Positions 9,976 through 21,197 of a DNA stretch of 64,000 nt are shown here, piece after piece (the stretch's first letter is position 1; each line of letters opens with the position of its first letter). A program made the translations under genes and the position numbers. The notes below the pieces were generated by a model. The model did not search any database and had not been told where the DNA came from. It saw only the letters and a program-made list of their open reading frames with translations. This DNA is from Terriglobia bacterium. Lineage in GTDB: Bacteria; Acidobacteriota; Terriglobia; Acidiferrales; UBA7541. The stretch covers positions 1,568,001-1,632,000 of the forward strand of contig OY968796.1 of NCBI GenBank assembly GCA_963695545.1. Reading direction: 5' to 3'.

Positions 9976-10551
9976 ATGAAAGCGCACGTTCGAGTTTTGT
10001 TCATGACCGGAGTCGCATGCTTCATTCTTGGCGCCGGCTCGGTTTGGGTGGGGCGAATGACCGCGAACGCAGCGAATCCGCAGACCACGGCGGCGACCCC
10101 GGCTACGACTACGACGACGACCGAAGAACCAGACAGCATGAGCGAGAAGAACGACGCACATATCAAGATTGCGGATCGCACAAAATCCTATCTTGCGTCG
10201 GTCACGACAAAAAATGCACTCAAGGTGGATGGTTCGGCGGTGACTCAGCCGGTGATCATCGCTTCTCCGGGGAGCGGGCTAAACGGAGACCTTCCCGAAA
10301 ATACCGTCAGCCCGGATCTGGGATATCCGGCGACGCTGACGATGTGCTGGGATGCGGACCAAGTGACCGTGTTGGAATCGGTCGATGGGAAGACTTGGTT
10401 TCCGAATATGTCGACTCAGGCGGGAAAGGATACGGGAATCATGGTCGTGGGAATTGGCTGCATGAGCGTTCCGCCGGCGCGCTTCGTAAAATGGACTTCG
10501 CAGGATTACATGTTTCCGAAGGCCGACGGTATGTTTCAAGCCAGCTACTAG
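9976..10551 (+). CDS. Hypothetical exported protein
   Basis: AAGGAG RBS; N-terminal hydrophobic segment followed by a Thr-rich linker. Confidence 0.6.
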   Translation: MKAHVRVLFMTGVACFILGAGSVWVGRMTANAANPQTTAATPATTTTTTEEPDSMSEKNDAHIKIADRTKSYLASVTTKNALKVDGSAVTQPVIIASPGSGLNGDLPENTVSPDLGYPATLTMCWDADQVTVLESVDGKTWFPNMSTQAGKDTGIMVVGIGCMSVPPARFVKWTSQDYMFPKADGMFQASY

Positions 10552-10587
10552 ACGCGTGGGCGAAACGTTGTCGCCAGGAGGCGGACC

Positions 10588-11433
10588 GTGCATCGGAGTC
10601 TAAGTCGAATCAAGATCGTTCTCGTGTGCGTTGCGCTAGCGTGCGGAGCCGCGGCGATCGCGAAGCAATCACCGTCGGCTGCAAGCCGGCCTACGCCACA
10701 GATGATGAACGATTCGTGGCTCAGCGGAATCGCTTCGGGCCAGACGCGCGTCGTCGATCTGACGTATGCGATTGCAGCGGGGCTGCCGTCGTGGCCGGGA
10801 TCGCCGGCGACGTTCGAGGCAACGGTGAATGCGACGATTGCGAAGGACGGTCACTTTGCGCGCACGTTCACGTTGTACGAGCACTACGGAACGCACATGG
10901 ACGCACCGGCGCACTTCGCGGAGGGGAAAGAAACGCTCGATCAGATTCCCGTGAATCATCTGATGGGTCCGGCGGTGGTGATCGACGCGACGGCCGACGT
11001 AACGAAAAATCCCGATTATCAATTACCCGCTTCGAGCGTCGAGCGCTGGGAGGCCGCGCACGGAACGATTCCGGCGGGAGCGATTGTGTTGCTGAATACC
11101 GGGTGGGCGAAGCGCTGGCCGGATGAAGCGCGTTATCGAAACGTGGATGCGAGCGGCACGATGCATTTTCCGGGCTATTCGGCGGATGCGGCGAAGCTGC
11201 TGGTCAGCCGGGGCGTGAGCGGCATCGGGCTCGATACGCTGGCCGTGGATTACGGTCCTTCGACGGATCACATCGTGCATCACATCGTCCTAGGACAGAA
11301 TATTTTTATTCTCGAAAATCTTGCGGACATGAGCGGGCTGCCAGAATCGGGAGCGTTCGTGATCGCCGCGCCAATTAAGCTTGAAGGTGGATCGGGCGGG
11401 GCGGTTCGCGTGTTCGTGATTTTGCCACAGTAA
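10588..11433 (+). CDS. Cyclase/kynurenine formamidase family metal hydrolase with signal peptide
   Basis: EHYGTHMDAPAHF motif, HFPG, ENL, GGSGGAVR. Confidence 0.9.
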   Translation: MHRSLSRIKIVLVCVALACGAAAIAKQSPSAASRPTPQMMNDSWLSGIASGQTRVVDLTYAIAAGLPSWPGSPATFEATVNATIAKDGHFARTFTLYEHYGTHMDAPAHFAEGKETLDQIPVNHLMGPAVVIDATADVTKNPDYQLPASSVERWEAAHGTIPAGAIVLLNTGWAKRWPDEARYRNVDASGTMHFPGYSADAAKLLVSRGVSGIGLDTLAVDYGPSTDHIVHHIVLGQNIFILENLADMSGLPESGAFVIAAPIKLEGGSGGAVRVFVILPQ

Positions 11434-11465
11434 TATTCCTCGGCGAAATTCAGCGAGAAAACCAT

Positions 11466-12731
11466 ATGACCAACAGCACGCCAGCGGACGACAGCAAGAT
11501 CGCGCGCGGGATGGTCGCGGTGGTCGTGTTGCTGATGATCTCGGTGCTCATCAATTACATCGATCGCGGCAATCTTTCGATTGCCGCGTCAATGATTCAG
11601 GACGAATTGAAGATTTCGCATTCGCAACTTGGGATTTTGCTCTCAGCATTCTTCTGGACCTACGCGGCATGCCAATTGATTTCCGGCTGGCTAGTGGATC
11701 GATTCAACGTGAACTGGGTGATGGCGGGCGGATTTTTGGTGTGGTCCACGGCAACTGCGATGACCGGACTGGTGCATGGCCTCGCGGCATTGTTTGCGGT
11801 GCGGCTGTTGCTGGGCGTGGGCGAATCGGTCGCGTACCCATCGTACTCAAAAATATTTGCGAACCATCTTCATGAGCGCCACCGAGGTTTTGCCAACTCC
11901 TTGATTGCCGCCGGAGTGTCTCTGGGTCCGGCGCTTGGTCTTTTGGCCGGCGGCGAAGTGATCGCGAAATTCGGGTGGCGGCCGTTTTTCGTCGTTTTGG
12001 GATTGGCGAGCTTGCTGTGGATTCCCGCGTGGATTGTGTTTATGCCGCGCGGGCCGAGTTTGGGCGGCGCGGTCGGCAGGCATGTGGGTCCAGGCATCGC
12101 GGAGATTTTGGAACAACGCTCGCTGTGGGGCTCGGCCGCGGGACTTTTCTGTGTGAACTATGTGTCGTATTTTCTGATTATCTGGCTGCCTTACTATTTG
12201 ACGCGGGAACGACATCTGCCGACCGGAACGATGGTGGTGATCGGCGCGCTCGTTTACGTGATGAGCTCGGTATTCGCGACAATTTGCGGGTGGCTTTCGG
12301 ACCGCTGGATCGCGGCAGGCAGCGGACCGACTTTGGTGCGCAAGGGATTCATGTCGGCGGGCATGATTCTGTCGGCAATTTTTCTGGTGGTCGGCGTCGC
12401 TGCGCCCCGGATGCACATTGCGATGCTGCTTTGGCTGCTCGCGGGAGCGGCGTACGGCGTGTCTGCGTCAAATACCTGGGCGATCACGCAGGCGCTTGCC
12501 GGGCCGCAGGCCGCGGGCAAGTGGACGGGTTTTCAGAATTTCATCGGCAACATGGCGGGAATCGTGGCCGGCGCGCTCACTGGCTATTTGCTCGATCGCA
12601 CGGGGCGATTTTTCTGGCCGTTCACGGCGACCGCAATCATCGCCGTTTTCGGCTGCCTCTGCTACGTGTTCATCGTTGGGCCCATCGAAGAGGCGCGCTG
12701 GCGCTCCAGCCCGCGCCTCGATTCCGCCTAA
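11466..12731 (+). CDS. MFS transporter, ACS (sugar-acid) family
   Basis: INYIDRGNLS, SAFFWTYA, GWLVDRF, about 12 TM segments. Confidence 0.9.
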   Translation: MTNSTPADDSKIARGMVAVVVLLMISVLINYIDRGNLSIAASMIQDELKISHSQLGILLSAFFWTYAACQLISGWLVDRFNVNWVMAGGFLVWSTATAMTGLVHGLAALFAVRLLLGVGESVAYPSYSKIFANHLHERHRGFANSLIAAGVSLGPALGLLAGGEVIAKFGWRPFFVVLGLASLLWIPAWIVFMPRGPSLGGAVGRHVGPGIAEILEQRSLWGSAAGLFCVNYVSYFLIIWLPYYLTRERHLPTGTMVVIGALVYVMSSVFATICGWLSDRWIAAGSGPTLVRKGFMSAGMILSAIFLVVGVAAPRMHIAMLLWLLAGAAYGVSASNTWAITQALAGPQAAGKWTGFQNFIGNMAGIVAGALTGYLLDRTGRFFWPFTATAIIAVFGCLCYVFIVGPIEEARWRSSPRLDSA

Positions 12732-12865
12732 CGCCGCTGAAGCGCTGCCTTCCAGGTTTTCGAGTGGTAATCCTGCCGCCTACGGTGCTAGACTCCGCCC
12801 GTCTGGACGTTCGCTTCCATGTTGAGGCGGCGCCCCCACGGATTTCCTAGGCCCAAGGCTCGATC

Positions 12866-13213
12866 GTGGCAAAGGAGGATACCCCGGTGGAGGGACCCAG
12901 TCTTAGTCGTTTGCCTCGTACGATCTTCCGTTGTCCTGTAGAGCTTCGCACAAGCGAATCGAATAAGCGGTGTGCTTTGGCTATCGGCAATTTCAACGGC
13001 CACGGGATGTTTCTGATGGCCGAACAACTGCCGATGGGCGCGCCCGTGCATGTGACGTTTCATGCGCGGCACGATGCGGAGCTCGACGGGATCGTACGAT
13101 TTTCGGGCGGCACGGGCACGGGCATCGCGTTCGGCGCGTTGACCGAGGCCCAGCATCAGGCGCTCGATGAGCTGATTGCCGAGTTTACGCCGGGCGAAAT
13201 TCTTTCGGCCTAA
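12866..13213 (+). CDS. PilZ-like domain protein
   Basis: RxxR, NFNGHGMFL (D/NxSxxG-like), GIVR..GTGIAF. Confidence 0.6.
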   Translation: MAKEDTPVEGPSLSRLPRTIFRCPVELRTSESNKRCALAIGNFNGHGMFLMAEQLPMGAPVHVTFHARHDAELDGIVRFSGGTGTGIAFGALTEAQHQALDELIAEFTPGEILSA

Positions 13214-13266
13214 CGGAGCTTGGCGCGTAGGACAGAGAAATTCGTCTTCCGGGGAGGGGTGTTGCC

Positions 13267-15243
13267 ATGAGCGACTTTCAGATCGGCATCGGCGGCGCGG
13301 CAGGAGATGGACTCGACAAAGCGGGCGACACACTCGCGAAAACGGCTGCGCGTCTGGGCCTGTACGTCTACGCCTACAACAGCTATCAATCCGTGATCCG
13401 CGGCGGGCACATCTGGCTGCGCGTGCGCATGGGGCAGGAAAAAGTGCGCTCGCACGGCGACAACCTGAACGTGCTGATCGCGCTCAATCAGGACTCGATC
13501 GAACGCCACGCGCCCGAAGTGGATGCCGGCGGCGTCGTGCTATTCAATTCCGACAAGCTCAAGTGCAACATTCCGCTGCGCGAGGGAGTGACGCAAGCCG
13601 CGTTGCCCATTGGCGCGCTCACGAAACCATTCGGTCCGATGCAGCCGGTGATGCAGAACACCGTGGCGCTGGGAGCGCTGCTGTTTCTGGGGAATCTCGA
13701 ATTCGACGTGATCGCGGAAGTGCTGAATGACACGTTCGGTCATAAGGGCAAGCCGGTGGTGGACCAGAATGTGAATTTGGCGCGCGCGGGCTACGATTAC
13801 GCGAAAGAACATTTCAAGCCGCTGGCGCACAAGTGGAATTTCACGCGCAAGCGCCGGCCGTTCTTGACCGGCAATGAGGCCTTTGCGATTGCCGCCGCGG
13901 CTGCGGGATGCCGATTCTATTCGGCGTATCCGATGACGCCGGCTTCCGCGATTTTGCATTGGATGGCGACGCATGCCGAGCGCTGCGGCATCGTGGTGAA
14001 ACAGTGCGAAGACGAGCTTGCGGTTGCGAACATGGCGATCGGCGCTGGTTACGCGGGCGTGCGCTCGATGTGCGCGACATCAGGCGGCGGTTTTGCGCTG
14101 ATGACCGAAGCGATCGGCATGGCGGGAATGATCGAAGCGCCGGTGGTGATCGTGGAAGTGCAGCGCGGCGGACCTTCGACCGGCATTCCGACGAAGACCG
14201 AGCAGGCCGACCTGAATCAGGTGTATGGCGCCTCGCAAGGTGATTTTCCGCGCGTGATTATCGCGCCGCGCGACGTGGCCGATTGCTACGCGAGCACGGT
14301 GGAAGCGTTCAACTTGGCCGATAAATATCAGCTGCCGGTGATGCTTATCTCGGACTTATTGGTATCGGAGCATCCCGAAACGATCGAGCCTTCGGAGATG
14401 CCGGCCGATGTTCCGATTGATCGCGGCGCGCTGGTCACTTCGTGGGACAACTCGAAGGGCCGATTCAAGCGCTACGCTTTCACGAAGTCGGGCGTTTCTC
14501 CGCGGGCGCTGCCCGGCACGGCCAACACCATTCACGTTGCGCCGACGGACGACCACGACGAAGAGGGCGTGCTGATCAGCGACGTTTTTACGAATTCGGC
14601 GCTGCGACGGAAAATTTCGGAAAAGCGCATGAAGAAAGTGGATCTATTGCTGAAGGAATTGCCGGCGCCGAAGCTTGAAGGCCCGGCCGATGCCGAAGTT
14701 ACGCTGATTACCTGGGGCTCCACGCACGGCGTGGTGCATGAGGCAATCGGGCTGCTTGCCGCAGCTGGAATTCGCGCAAACCAATTGAACTTCAAGTATC
14801 TGCTGCCGTTCCACGCTCGCGAGGCCAAAGAAATTCTGAGCCGCACGAAGCGAACCATTTGCGTGGAAGCTAACTACACAGGTCAATTTGCGCGCCACTT
14901 GCGCGCCGAAACCGGTTTCTCGGTGAGCGATCAGTATTTGAAATACGACGGCGAACCGTTTGAGCCGCTGCAAGTCGTCGATCATGTGCGCGCGATTCTG
15001 GAAGGGCGGGAGCGCTCGCTTGACGTCACGCCGGCCGAAGCGCGCGAAATCGCTTATCACTATGTGCGCGTTCACCTGAACGAGGACTTGCGGCCCGGGC
15101 GCCTGGAGAAAGCTTCGGGCAACGGCGCGGGGGAAGAAATTTGGCGCGTTGAGATCGTGAACCGCGATTCGGGTGAAAAGCGCGGCGAGTTGCAGGTCGG
15201 CGTAGAAACAGGTTCCACGCATTCCTGGCAGGCGCTCGCGTGA
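13267..15243 (+). CDS. korA: 2-oxoacid:ferredoxin oxidoreductase subunit alpha (gamma-alpha fusion)
   Basis: GGAAGDG, YPMTPAS, EDELA, ATSGGGF, QRGGPSTGIPT. Confidence 0.92.
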   Translation: MSDFQIGIGGAAGDGLDKAGDTLAKTAARLGLYVYAYNSYQSVIRGGHIWLRVRMGQEKVRSHGDNLNVLIALNQDSIERHAPEVDAGGVVLFNSDKLKCNIPLREGVTQAALPIGALTKPFGPMQPVMQNTVALGALLFLGNLEFDVIAEVLNDTFGHKGKPVVDQNVNLARAGYDYAKEHFKPLAHKWNFTRKRRPFLTGNEAFAIAAAAAGCRFYSAYPMTPASAILHWMATHAERCGIVVKQCEDELAVANMAIGAGYAGVRSMCATSGGGFALMTEAIGMAGMIEAPVVIVEVQRGGPSTGIPTKTEQADLNQVYGASQGDFPRVIIAPRDVADCYASTVEAFNLADKYQLPVMLISDLLVSEHPETIEPSEMPADVPIDRGALVTSWDNSKGRFKRYAFTKSGVSPRALPGTANTIHVAPTDDHDEEGVLISDVFTNSALRRKISEKRMKKVDLLLKELPAPKLEGPADAEVTLITWGSTHGVVHEAIGLLAAAGIRANQLNFKYLLPFHAREAKEILSRTKRTICVEANYTGQFARHLRAETGFSVSDQYLKYDGEPFEPLQVVDHVRAILEGRERSLDVTPAEAREIAYHYVRVHLNEDLRPGRLEKASGNGAGEEIWRVEIVNRDSGEKRGELQVGVETGSTHSWQALA

Positions 15244-15265
15244 ATCGAATTCTAGGAGAAATCAC

Positions 15266-16147
15266 ATGGCCACGATCATAGAACTGCCGATTGAAACTTT
15301 CGCAGGACCCGTGGATCCGGATTGGTGTCCCGGGTGCGGGGATTTCGCCGTGCTGAAGGCGGTGAAGATGGCCGCGTCGAAAGCGGGCGTCGCGCCAAAG
15401 GATCTGGTCGTGGTATCCGGGATCGGCTGCTCATCGAACCTGCCGGGGTTTATCCATTCGTATGGCGTGCATTCGCTGCATGGGCGCTCGGTGGCTGTGG
15501 CATCGGGCATTCACTTGGCGAACACGTCGCTCAAGGTGGTGATTACGGGCGGCGACGGCGATGGCTACGGAATCGGCATCGGCCACTTCATCCACGCCAT
15601 GCGCCGCAATCTCGATATGACCTACGTGGTCATGAACAATCAGATTTACGGACTGACGACGGGGCAAGCTTCTCCCACGACGACCAAGGAGATGCGCACG
15701 AAATCCACGCCGCGCGGCAACGTCGAATTTCCGATCAATCCGCTCGCGCTGGCGCTGGTATCCGGCGCCACGTACGTGGCGCGCGCGTTCTCCGGCGAGC
15801 CGAACCACATGGCCGATTTGATCGCCGGCGGAATCCAGCACAAGGGCTTCGCGTTGATCGATGTTTTTAGCCCGTGCGTCACGTACAACAAGCTCAATAC
15901 ATACCCGTGGTTCAAGAAGCGCGTGTACAAGCTCGAGGATGAAGTCGGTTATCACACGGGTGACATGCGCGCCGCGTTTGAGAAATCGTTTGAATGGGGA
16001 GATCGCATTCCGCTCGGCCTGCTCTACGCCGATCAGCAGCCCACCTACGAAGACAGCGAGCCCGCATTCGCGCGCGGCCCGCTGGTTCATCAGCCGCTCG
16101 GCGTCGATCCGGCGGTGTTCCAGTCACTGATCGAAGAGTTGATGTAG
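15266..16147 (+). CDS. korB: 2-oxoacid:ferredoxin oxidoreductase subunit beta
   Basis: WCPGCGD, SGIGCS, GGDGDG..NNQIYGLTTGQASPT TPP-binding motif. Confidence 0.93.
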   Translation: MATIIELPIETFAGPVDPDWCPGCGDFAVLKAVKMAASKAGVAPKDLVVVSGIGCSSNLPGFIHSYGVHSLHGRSVAVASGIHLANTSLKVVITGGDGDGYGIGIGHFIHAMRRNLDMTYVVMNNQIYGLTTGQASPTTTKEMRTKSTPRGNVEFPINPLALALVSGATYVARAFSGEPNHMADLIAGGIQHKGFALIDVFSPCVTYNKLNTYPWFKKRVYKLEDEVGYHTGDMRAAFEKSFEWGDRIPLGLLYADQQPTYEDSEPAFARGPLVHQPLGVDPAVFQSLIEELM

Positions 16148-16256
16148 CGGCGGCATCCTCGGAGGTAGCGCGTCCGGCCACGCATCGGGCCGGCTTGAGG
16201 CGCGCTGCGCCCTGTCGTATCATTTCTGTGGGTGGATTCCGGAGTCACACAACTTC

Positions 16257-16898
16257 ATGGCTACGAATACTGAAAGCCCGCGTTTCAGTTATACGCGATG
16301 GATCGGTGTGGTTTGCGGCTGGCTGCTGACGAAAATTGTGAATGCCGTCGCCGCCACGGGCATTAATCCGAATTTTCTGACGTTCCTCGCACTGGTCGTC
16401 AATTTTGGCGCGGCGACGCTATTTGCGCTGGGCAAGTTTCGCTCGGCGGCCGGCGTGATTCTGTTCGCCGCGTTTCTTGACATGCTCGATGGCCAGGTGG
16501 CGCGCCGCGAGAATCGGGTCACGGCGTTCGGGGCGTTTTTCGATTCGACGCTCGATCGCTACGCGGACATGTCGCTATACATGGGCTTGCTCGTTTATTA
16601 CGCGGTGAACGGGCGCTCGAAATATGTGGTGCTGGCCGCGGTGGCCACGGCCGGATCGGTGATGGTGAGTTACGCGCGCGCACGCGCCGAATCGCTGATA
16701 CCGACGTGCAAAGTGGGCTTTATGGAGCGGCCTGAGCGCATGGTGCTGCTGATGATGGGAGGATTTTTCAATCGCATGGCGCCGGTGCTGTGGGTGATCG
16801 CGGTGGTGGCGACGCTCACTGTGATTCATCGCATCGTGTACACCTGGCAAGAGACGCGAGCGGGCCGCACGATCCCCGGAATTCGCCTCAGTATGTAA
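16257..16898 (+). CDS. CDP-alcohol phosphatidyltransferase
   Basis: DMLDGQVARR...GAFFDSTLDRYAD signature. Confidence 0.92.
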   Translation: MATNTESPRFSYTRWIGVVCGWLLTKIVNAVAATGINPNFLTFLALVVNFGAATLFALGKFRSAAGVILFAAFLDMLDGQVARRENRVTAFGAFFDSTLDRYADMSLYMGLLVYYAVNGRSKYVVLAAVATAGSVMVSYARARAESLIPTCKVGFMERPERMVLLMMGGFFNRMAPVLWVIAVVATLTVIHRIVYTWQETRAGRTIPGIRLSM

Positions 16899-16910
16899 CC
16901 GCGGCACAGC

Positions 16911-17723
16911 TCAGGACATTCGCGAATAGTATTCGTCGATCGGGCGTGCCACGATCTCGCGCACGCTGTCGCGCAGCGCTCCGAGATCTTTTTCCTTGTC
17001 GAGATTCGCGGTTTCGATCGTATCGTGCAGGTAAACCACGACCGGCCCGGGCCGCATTCCCCATCCCAACTTATTATTGAATTCAAACGAACCGACCACG
17101 CTGACCGGCACGATCGGCGTGCCGGTTTGTAGCGCCATACGGAAGACGCCGTTCTTGAACAATCCGACGCGGCCGGTGAGCGTGCGCTGGCCCTCGGGGA
17201 AAACCACCAGGCTGACGCCCGAGTCCAGCGCCTCTCTTGTTAGCCGCCACATGCGTTTCAAATCCGCCGGGCGATGCGTGGCCGGAACGGGCACATTGCC
17301 GAAGCGCTTCATCATCCAGCCATACGCCGGAATCTCGAAGTGCGATTCGAGCTCAAGCCCACGAATGAATTGCGGGACCGCGCAGTACAGCACGAATGGA
17401 TCGAACAAATTTACGTGGTTCACGATGAAAAAACTGGTGCGTGAGGGATCGAAACCCGGCGCTCGGAGCGTTTCGATTTTCGCGCCGGCCAGCCGCATCA
17501 AGTGCTGCGTAAACTTTCGCTGAGTGCGGTCATGTTTGCGCGGATTTACAAACAGCGCCTTGGTGATGATCCACAGACAAAACACGAAGAAATAAGCGCC
17601 GCACACGATCCAGTGATAGAAGCTGCGCAGGTTGGTGAAGAAACCGCGTTTTGGGCGCTGCACGGGGCAAGGGAAAGGCGGTGGCCATGGTGCGCTGGAG
17701 ATCGGCGGGCCGGAGGACGTCAC
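16911..17723 (-). CDS. Lysophospholipid (PlsC-type) acyltransferase
   Basis: NHVNLFD (HX4D), VFPEGQRT; GTG start overlaps the upstream stop (GTGA). Confidence 0.88.
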   Translation of the reverse strand: MTSSGPPISSAPWPPPFPCPVQRPKRGFFTNLRSFYHWIVCGAYFFVFCLWIITKALFVNPRKHDRTQRKFTQHLMRLAGAKIETLRAPGFDPSRTSFFIVNHVNLFDPFVLYCAVPQFIRGLELESHFEIPAYGWMMKRFGNVPVPATHRPADLKRMWRLTREALDSGVSLVVFPEGQRTLTGRVGLFKNGVFRMALQTGTPIVPVSVVGSFEFNNKLGWGMRPGPVVVYLHDTIETANLDKEKDLGALRDSVREIVARPIDEYYSRMS

Positions 17724-18631
17724 GCCATCACGTCCAGCGCGGCGGGCAAAACGGTGATGCTCTTGCATCGCGTGGTGAGCACTTCGCCATCGACCATCAC
17801 GTCGACCGGCGCGCCCGCCTCGAATTCGATGCGCTGGACCGCGCGGCGCGACGCCAGCGGATGCTTGATGTGCGTGCCGTCAAACAGGGTCGGGAGATTC
17901 CAAATCAAACCCAGGCGGCTGATGGGGCCCCAGCGCACGTATTCAAGCAAACCGTCGTCGGTTTTCGCGTCGGGCGCGATCATCATTTTGCCGCCGGTGA
18001 ATTTGCTGTTGCTGAAGGAGAGAAACAGGCAGCGCCGGTGATCGGCGTCGGCGTCGCCGTCCGCACGCATCGGAAACGCGCGGCGGTCGAGCGTGGCGAG
18101 GCATGAGAGGACGCCGAGCACGTATCCGAAAGCGCCCAGGCGCTTGAAGCGGCGATTGGCGAGCGCGGCGACGTTGGCGGCGAAGCCCACGCTGACGATA
18201 TTGATGGAATAGGTCGCGCCGCCTTCGTGTTCGAGCATCACTACGTCGCAGGGACGTCGGCGCCCCTCGACGATTGCGCGGGCAGATTGACTCGCTCCGC
18301 CGTGAAAAAAATCGCGCAGGAAGGAGTTGCCCGTTCCGACCGGCAGAAAGCCGAGCGCGGGGCGCTCGCCGCCGATTGCGTCCGGGAGCAATCCATTCAC
18401 GATTTCATACGCGGTGCCGTCTCCGCCGACGGCGATGAAATTGCGCCAGCCCGCGGAGTAGGCCGCGCGCGCAAGTCCGGTGGCGTGGCCGGGGCGCGAA
18501 GTGTGGTGCTCTTCGATTTCAAGACCTTCGGAGCGCAGTTTTTCAAGCGCTGCGGGAGCGTGTTTGCGCGAGCGGCCGCCGCCGGCGGCGGGATTCACGA
18601 TGGCGAAGAATTTCTGTTTCGCTGCGTTCAT
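17720..18631 (-). CDS. Diacylglycerol kinase family (YegS/DgkB-like) lipid kinase
   Basis: [24 protein letters not shown]. Confidence 0.92.
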   Translation of the reverse strand: MNAAKQKFFAIVNPAAGGGRSRKHAPAALEKLRSEGLEIEEHHTSRPGHATGLARAAYSAGWRNFIAVGGDGTAYEIVNGLLPDAIGGERPALGFLPVGTGNSFLRDFFHGGASQSARAIVEGRRRPCDVVMLEHEGGATYSINIVSVGFAANVAALANRRFKRLGAFGYVLGVLSCLATLDRRAFPMRADGDADADHRRCLFLSFSNSKFTGGKMMIAPDAKTDDGLLEYVRWGPISRLGLIWNLPTLFDGTHIKHPLASRRAVQRIEFEAGAPVDVMVDGEVLTTRCKSITVLPAALDVMA

Positions 18632-20343
18632 ACCGCAACCACTTCGGATCGCGCGTGAGTTCGGCCGATCTCTTCGGCGAGAACCGTGCGCTTGATTTTG
18701 AGTGACGCCGTCCTTGGAAAGTCGCGGTCGTGGATCAGGTACCCGGCGATGCGCTTGTAATTGCGCAAGCGCTGATTACGCGCGGCGATATCGGCGCGCA
18801 GAGCGTCGTCCATCTCTCGGTCCGGTTCGAGGCGAATCACGATCACGAGTTCTTCGTCGGCCATGGTGTGCTTGGGCCACAAATAATTCGCGGCGAACAC
18901 GGAGAACTCCTTCACTGCCAGGCCCTCGAAGACGTTTTCGATGTCCTCGGGATAAATGTTTTTGCCTTCCGCCGTGACGATCATGTTCTTCTTGCGGCCG
19001 ACGAGTTGCAAGTGGCCTGCGTCATCGAGCTGCCCCAGGTCTCCGGTCATCAACCAGCCATCGACGATCGTTTCGGCGGTGAGCTCGGGATCGTCCAGAT
19101 AATGCGACATCACGGTTTTGCTGCGGACCGCGACTTCGCCGACGCCTTCGGCGTCGGGATTCGCAATGCGCACTTCCATGCCGGGCAACGCGCGGCCGAC
19201 GGTGTCCGCGCGAAAAGGCTTGAAGTCGTTCACGGTTACAGCCGTGCCAGCTTCCGTCAGGCCGTAGGCGTTGGCCACGGGAATTCCGAGATCGTAGAAG
19301 AATTGCAGCGTCGCCGGCTCGGTGAAAGCGCCACCGACGAACAGCGCGCGCAATTCGCCGCCGAACGATTCGTGCACTTGCTTGAGCAGGCGCCGGCTGA
19401 TCTCGACGTTGGGCTGGCTCCGCGTCAACCCGCGATTCGCGCGTATCAGAGTGTTCAGCATCAGGCGTTTCGCTTTCGATAGCTCAGCGAAACGCGCGCG
19501 CAGGCCTTTTTCCAGATTCTTCAGAACGAGCGGCACCAGCGTCATGTAGGTGATCTTGTAGCGCACGAATGCGTCGCGCACGTATTCGGGGCGCAGCGTG
19601 CGCAAATGCACCACGCAGGCGCCGCAGGTGAACGGGCCAATGAAGCCGACCATGAAATCGATCGCGTGATTCGTCGGCAGAATCGAGAGATAGCGCACGC
19701 CCGACCAGAAGGGAAACAGCGCCGTGAGCGCCATGCACTGCTCCAGATAGTTCTCGTGCGTCATCACGCAACCCTTGGGCCGTCCGCCGGTGCCGGACGA
19801 GTAGACGATTGAGGCCGGGTCTTTGCGTGCGCGCGGGCGAAATTCGGGTTCGCCTGCGCCCACGCACTCTTCCCAGCGGCGCGCACCGAAAAGCTCGGCG
19901 TTCGGCGGCGCTTCCGTGACGAGGACGAGCGGCAACGCGCGCGCGCCGAACGATTTTGATTCGGCGATCGCGCGCCACAGCGGATATTCGACAACGAGCA
20001 CGCTGGCCTTGGAATGCGCCAAGAGTTGCAGATGCTCTTCTGGAGTGAGTTTGTAATCGAGCGGCACGAGCACTCCGCCGCAATAAAAAATGGCGTAGGC
20101 CGAAATGAGCCACTTCGATTGGTTGGTCATGATGATCGCGGCGCGATCGCCGGCGGCGAAGCCGGCCTGTTCGAGGCCGGCGGCGAGCGGCAGCGCGATC
20201 TGTTTGAATTGCGCGTAGGTGAGCCGCGCGCGTTCGCGATCGCGATCGGCTTCGATCAGGCACACTTCTTCGGGCCAGCGATCGAGCGCGGCGCGCAGGG
20301 CTTCGCCCAGGCAGGAATATTGTTTCAGGTCCAGCATCGGCAA
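18628..20343 (-). CDS. Long-chain acyl-CoA/ACP ligase (AMP-binding)
   Basis: [29 protein letters not shown]. Confidence 0.9.
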   Translation of the reverse strand: MPMLDLKQYSCLGEALRAALDRWPEEVCLIEADRDRERARLTYAQFKQIALPLAAGLEQAGFAAGDRAAIIMTNQSKWLISAYAIFYCGGVLVPLDYKLTPEEHLQLLAHSKASVLVVEYPLWRAIAESKSFGARALPLVLVTEAPPNAELFGARRWEECVGAGEPEFRPRARKDPASIVYSSGTGGRPKGCVMTHENYLEQCMALTALFPFWSGVRYLSILPTNHAIDFMVGFIGPFTCGACVVHLRTLRPEYVRDAFVRYKITYMTLVPLVLKNLEKGLRARFAELSKAKRLMLNTLIRANRGLTRSQPNVEISRRLLKQVHESFGGELRALFVGGAFTEPATLQFFYDLGIPVANAYGLTEAGTAVTVNDFKPFRADTVGRALPGMEVRIANPDAEGVGEVAVRSKTVMSHYLDDPELTAETIVDGWLMTGDLGQLDDAGHLQLVGRKKNMIVTAEGKNIYPEDIENVFEGLAVKEFSVFAANYLWPKHTMADEELVIVIRLEPDREMDDALRADIAARNQRLRNYKRIAGYLIHDRDFPRTASLKIKRTVLAEEIGRTHARSEVVAV

Positions 20344-20382
20344 TCGGAAATTTAGTTTTTCCCGCCTCGCGTCGCGCTGCGA

Positions 20383-20808
20383 TCAGGCGTTGAGCTTGGC
20401 CGTCATGGTGATCTCGGCCTTCAGCAGGCGCGAGATGGGGCAGCCGGCTTTGGCGTTCGCGGCGGCTTTATCGAACGCGGCTTGGCTCGCGCCGGGAATG
20501 CGCGCGACGACGTCGAGGTGAATCTTGGTGACCGTCCAGCCGGCTTCGATTTTTTCGAGCGTGACGGCGGCGGAAGTTTCGAGGCTTTCCGCCGTGATTC
20601 CGGCTTCGCCGAGCTGCGCCGAAAGCGCCATCGTAAAACATCCGGCGTGAGCGGCGCCGATGAGCTCTTCGGGATTCGTGCCGCGGACGCCTTCAAAGCG
20701 CGTGGCAAATGAGTACGGCGTGTTCGATAGCGCGCCGCTTTCGGTGGAAATCGTTCCCTTGCCTTCCTTGAGCGATCCCTTCCAGACTGCTGAGGCTTTG
20801 CGAACCAT
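20383..20808 (-). CDS. osmC: OsmC peroxiredoxin
   Basis: GTNPEELIGAAHAGCF, AKAGCPIS. Confidence 0.93.
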   Translation of the reverse strand: MVRKASAVWKGSLKEGKGTISTESGALSNTPYSFATRFEGVRGTNPEELIGAAHAGCFTMALSAQLGEAGITAESLETSAAVTLEKIEAGWTVTKIHLDVVARIPGASQAAFDKAAANAKAGCPISRLLKAEITMTAKLNA

Positions 20809-20889
20809 GATGTTTCCTCCCTATTCGATTTGATATGAACTGTTCGTATCGGATTCAATCAAGCTAACTCGCCGCATCGGACTCAACGT

Positions 20890-21132
20890 TTACAGCCGGG
20901 CCTGAATGCGATCAGCGAGTGTGCGGAAATCGCTGACGCCTTGCACTTCGTAATCCGGCAACTCGATGCCGAAGTGGCTTTCGAGGCGCGAGAGCAATTC
21001 GAGCGCCTGAAGGCTGTCAATTTTGAGTTTGCGATAAAAATCGTCGTTCGGCGAAAGCTGCTCGCGCGGCACTTTGAAATGCGTCGCGGCGAGATCGAGA
21101 ATTTCACCGGTGGTCTGGTCGAGTGTTCTCAT
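20890..21132 (-). CDS. Acyl carrier protein
   Basis: 80 aa; IDSLQALEL phosphopantetheine site; LESHFGIELPD. Confidence 0.88.
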   Translation of the reverse strand: MRTLDQTTGEILDLAATHFKVPREQLSPNDDFYRKLKIDSLQALELLSRLESHFGIELPDYEVQGVSDFRTLADRIQARL

Positions 21133-21197
21133 TGTGCATCCGATCTCATCTTAATTTCTGGGCGCCCAATCTTATCGCAGCTTTCTGCGCCCGTCTC

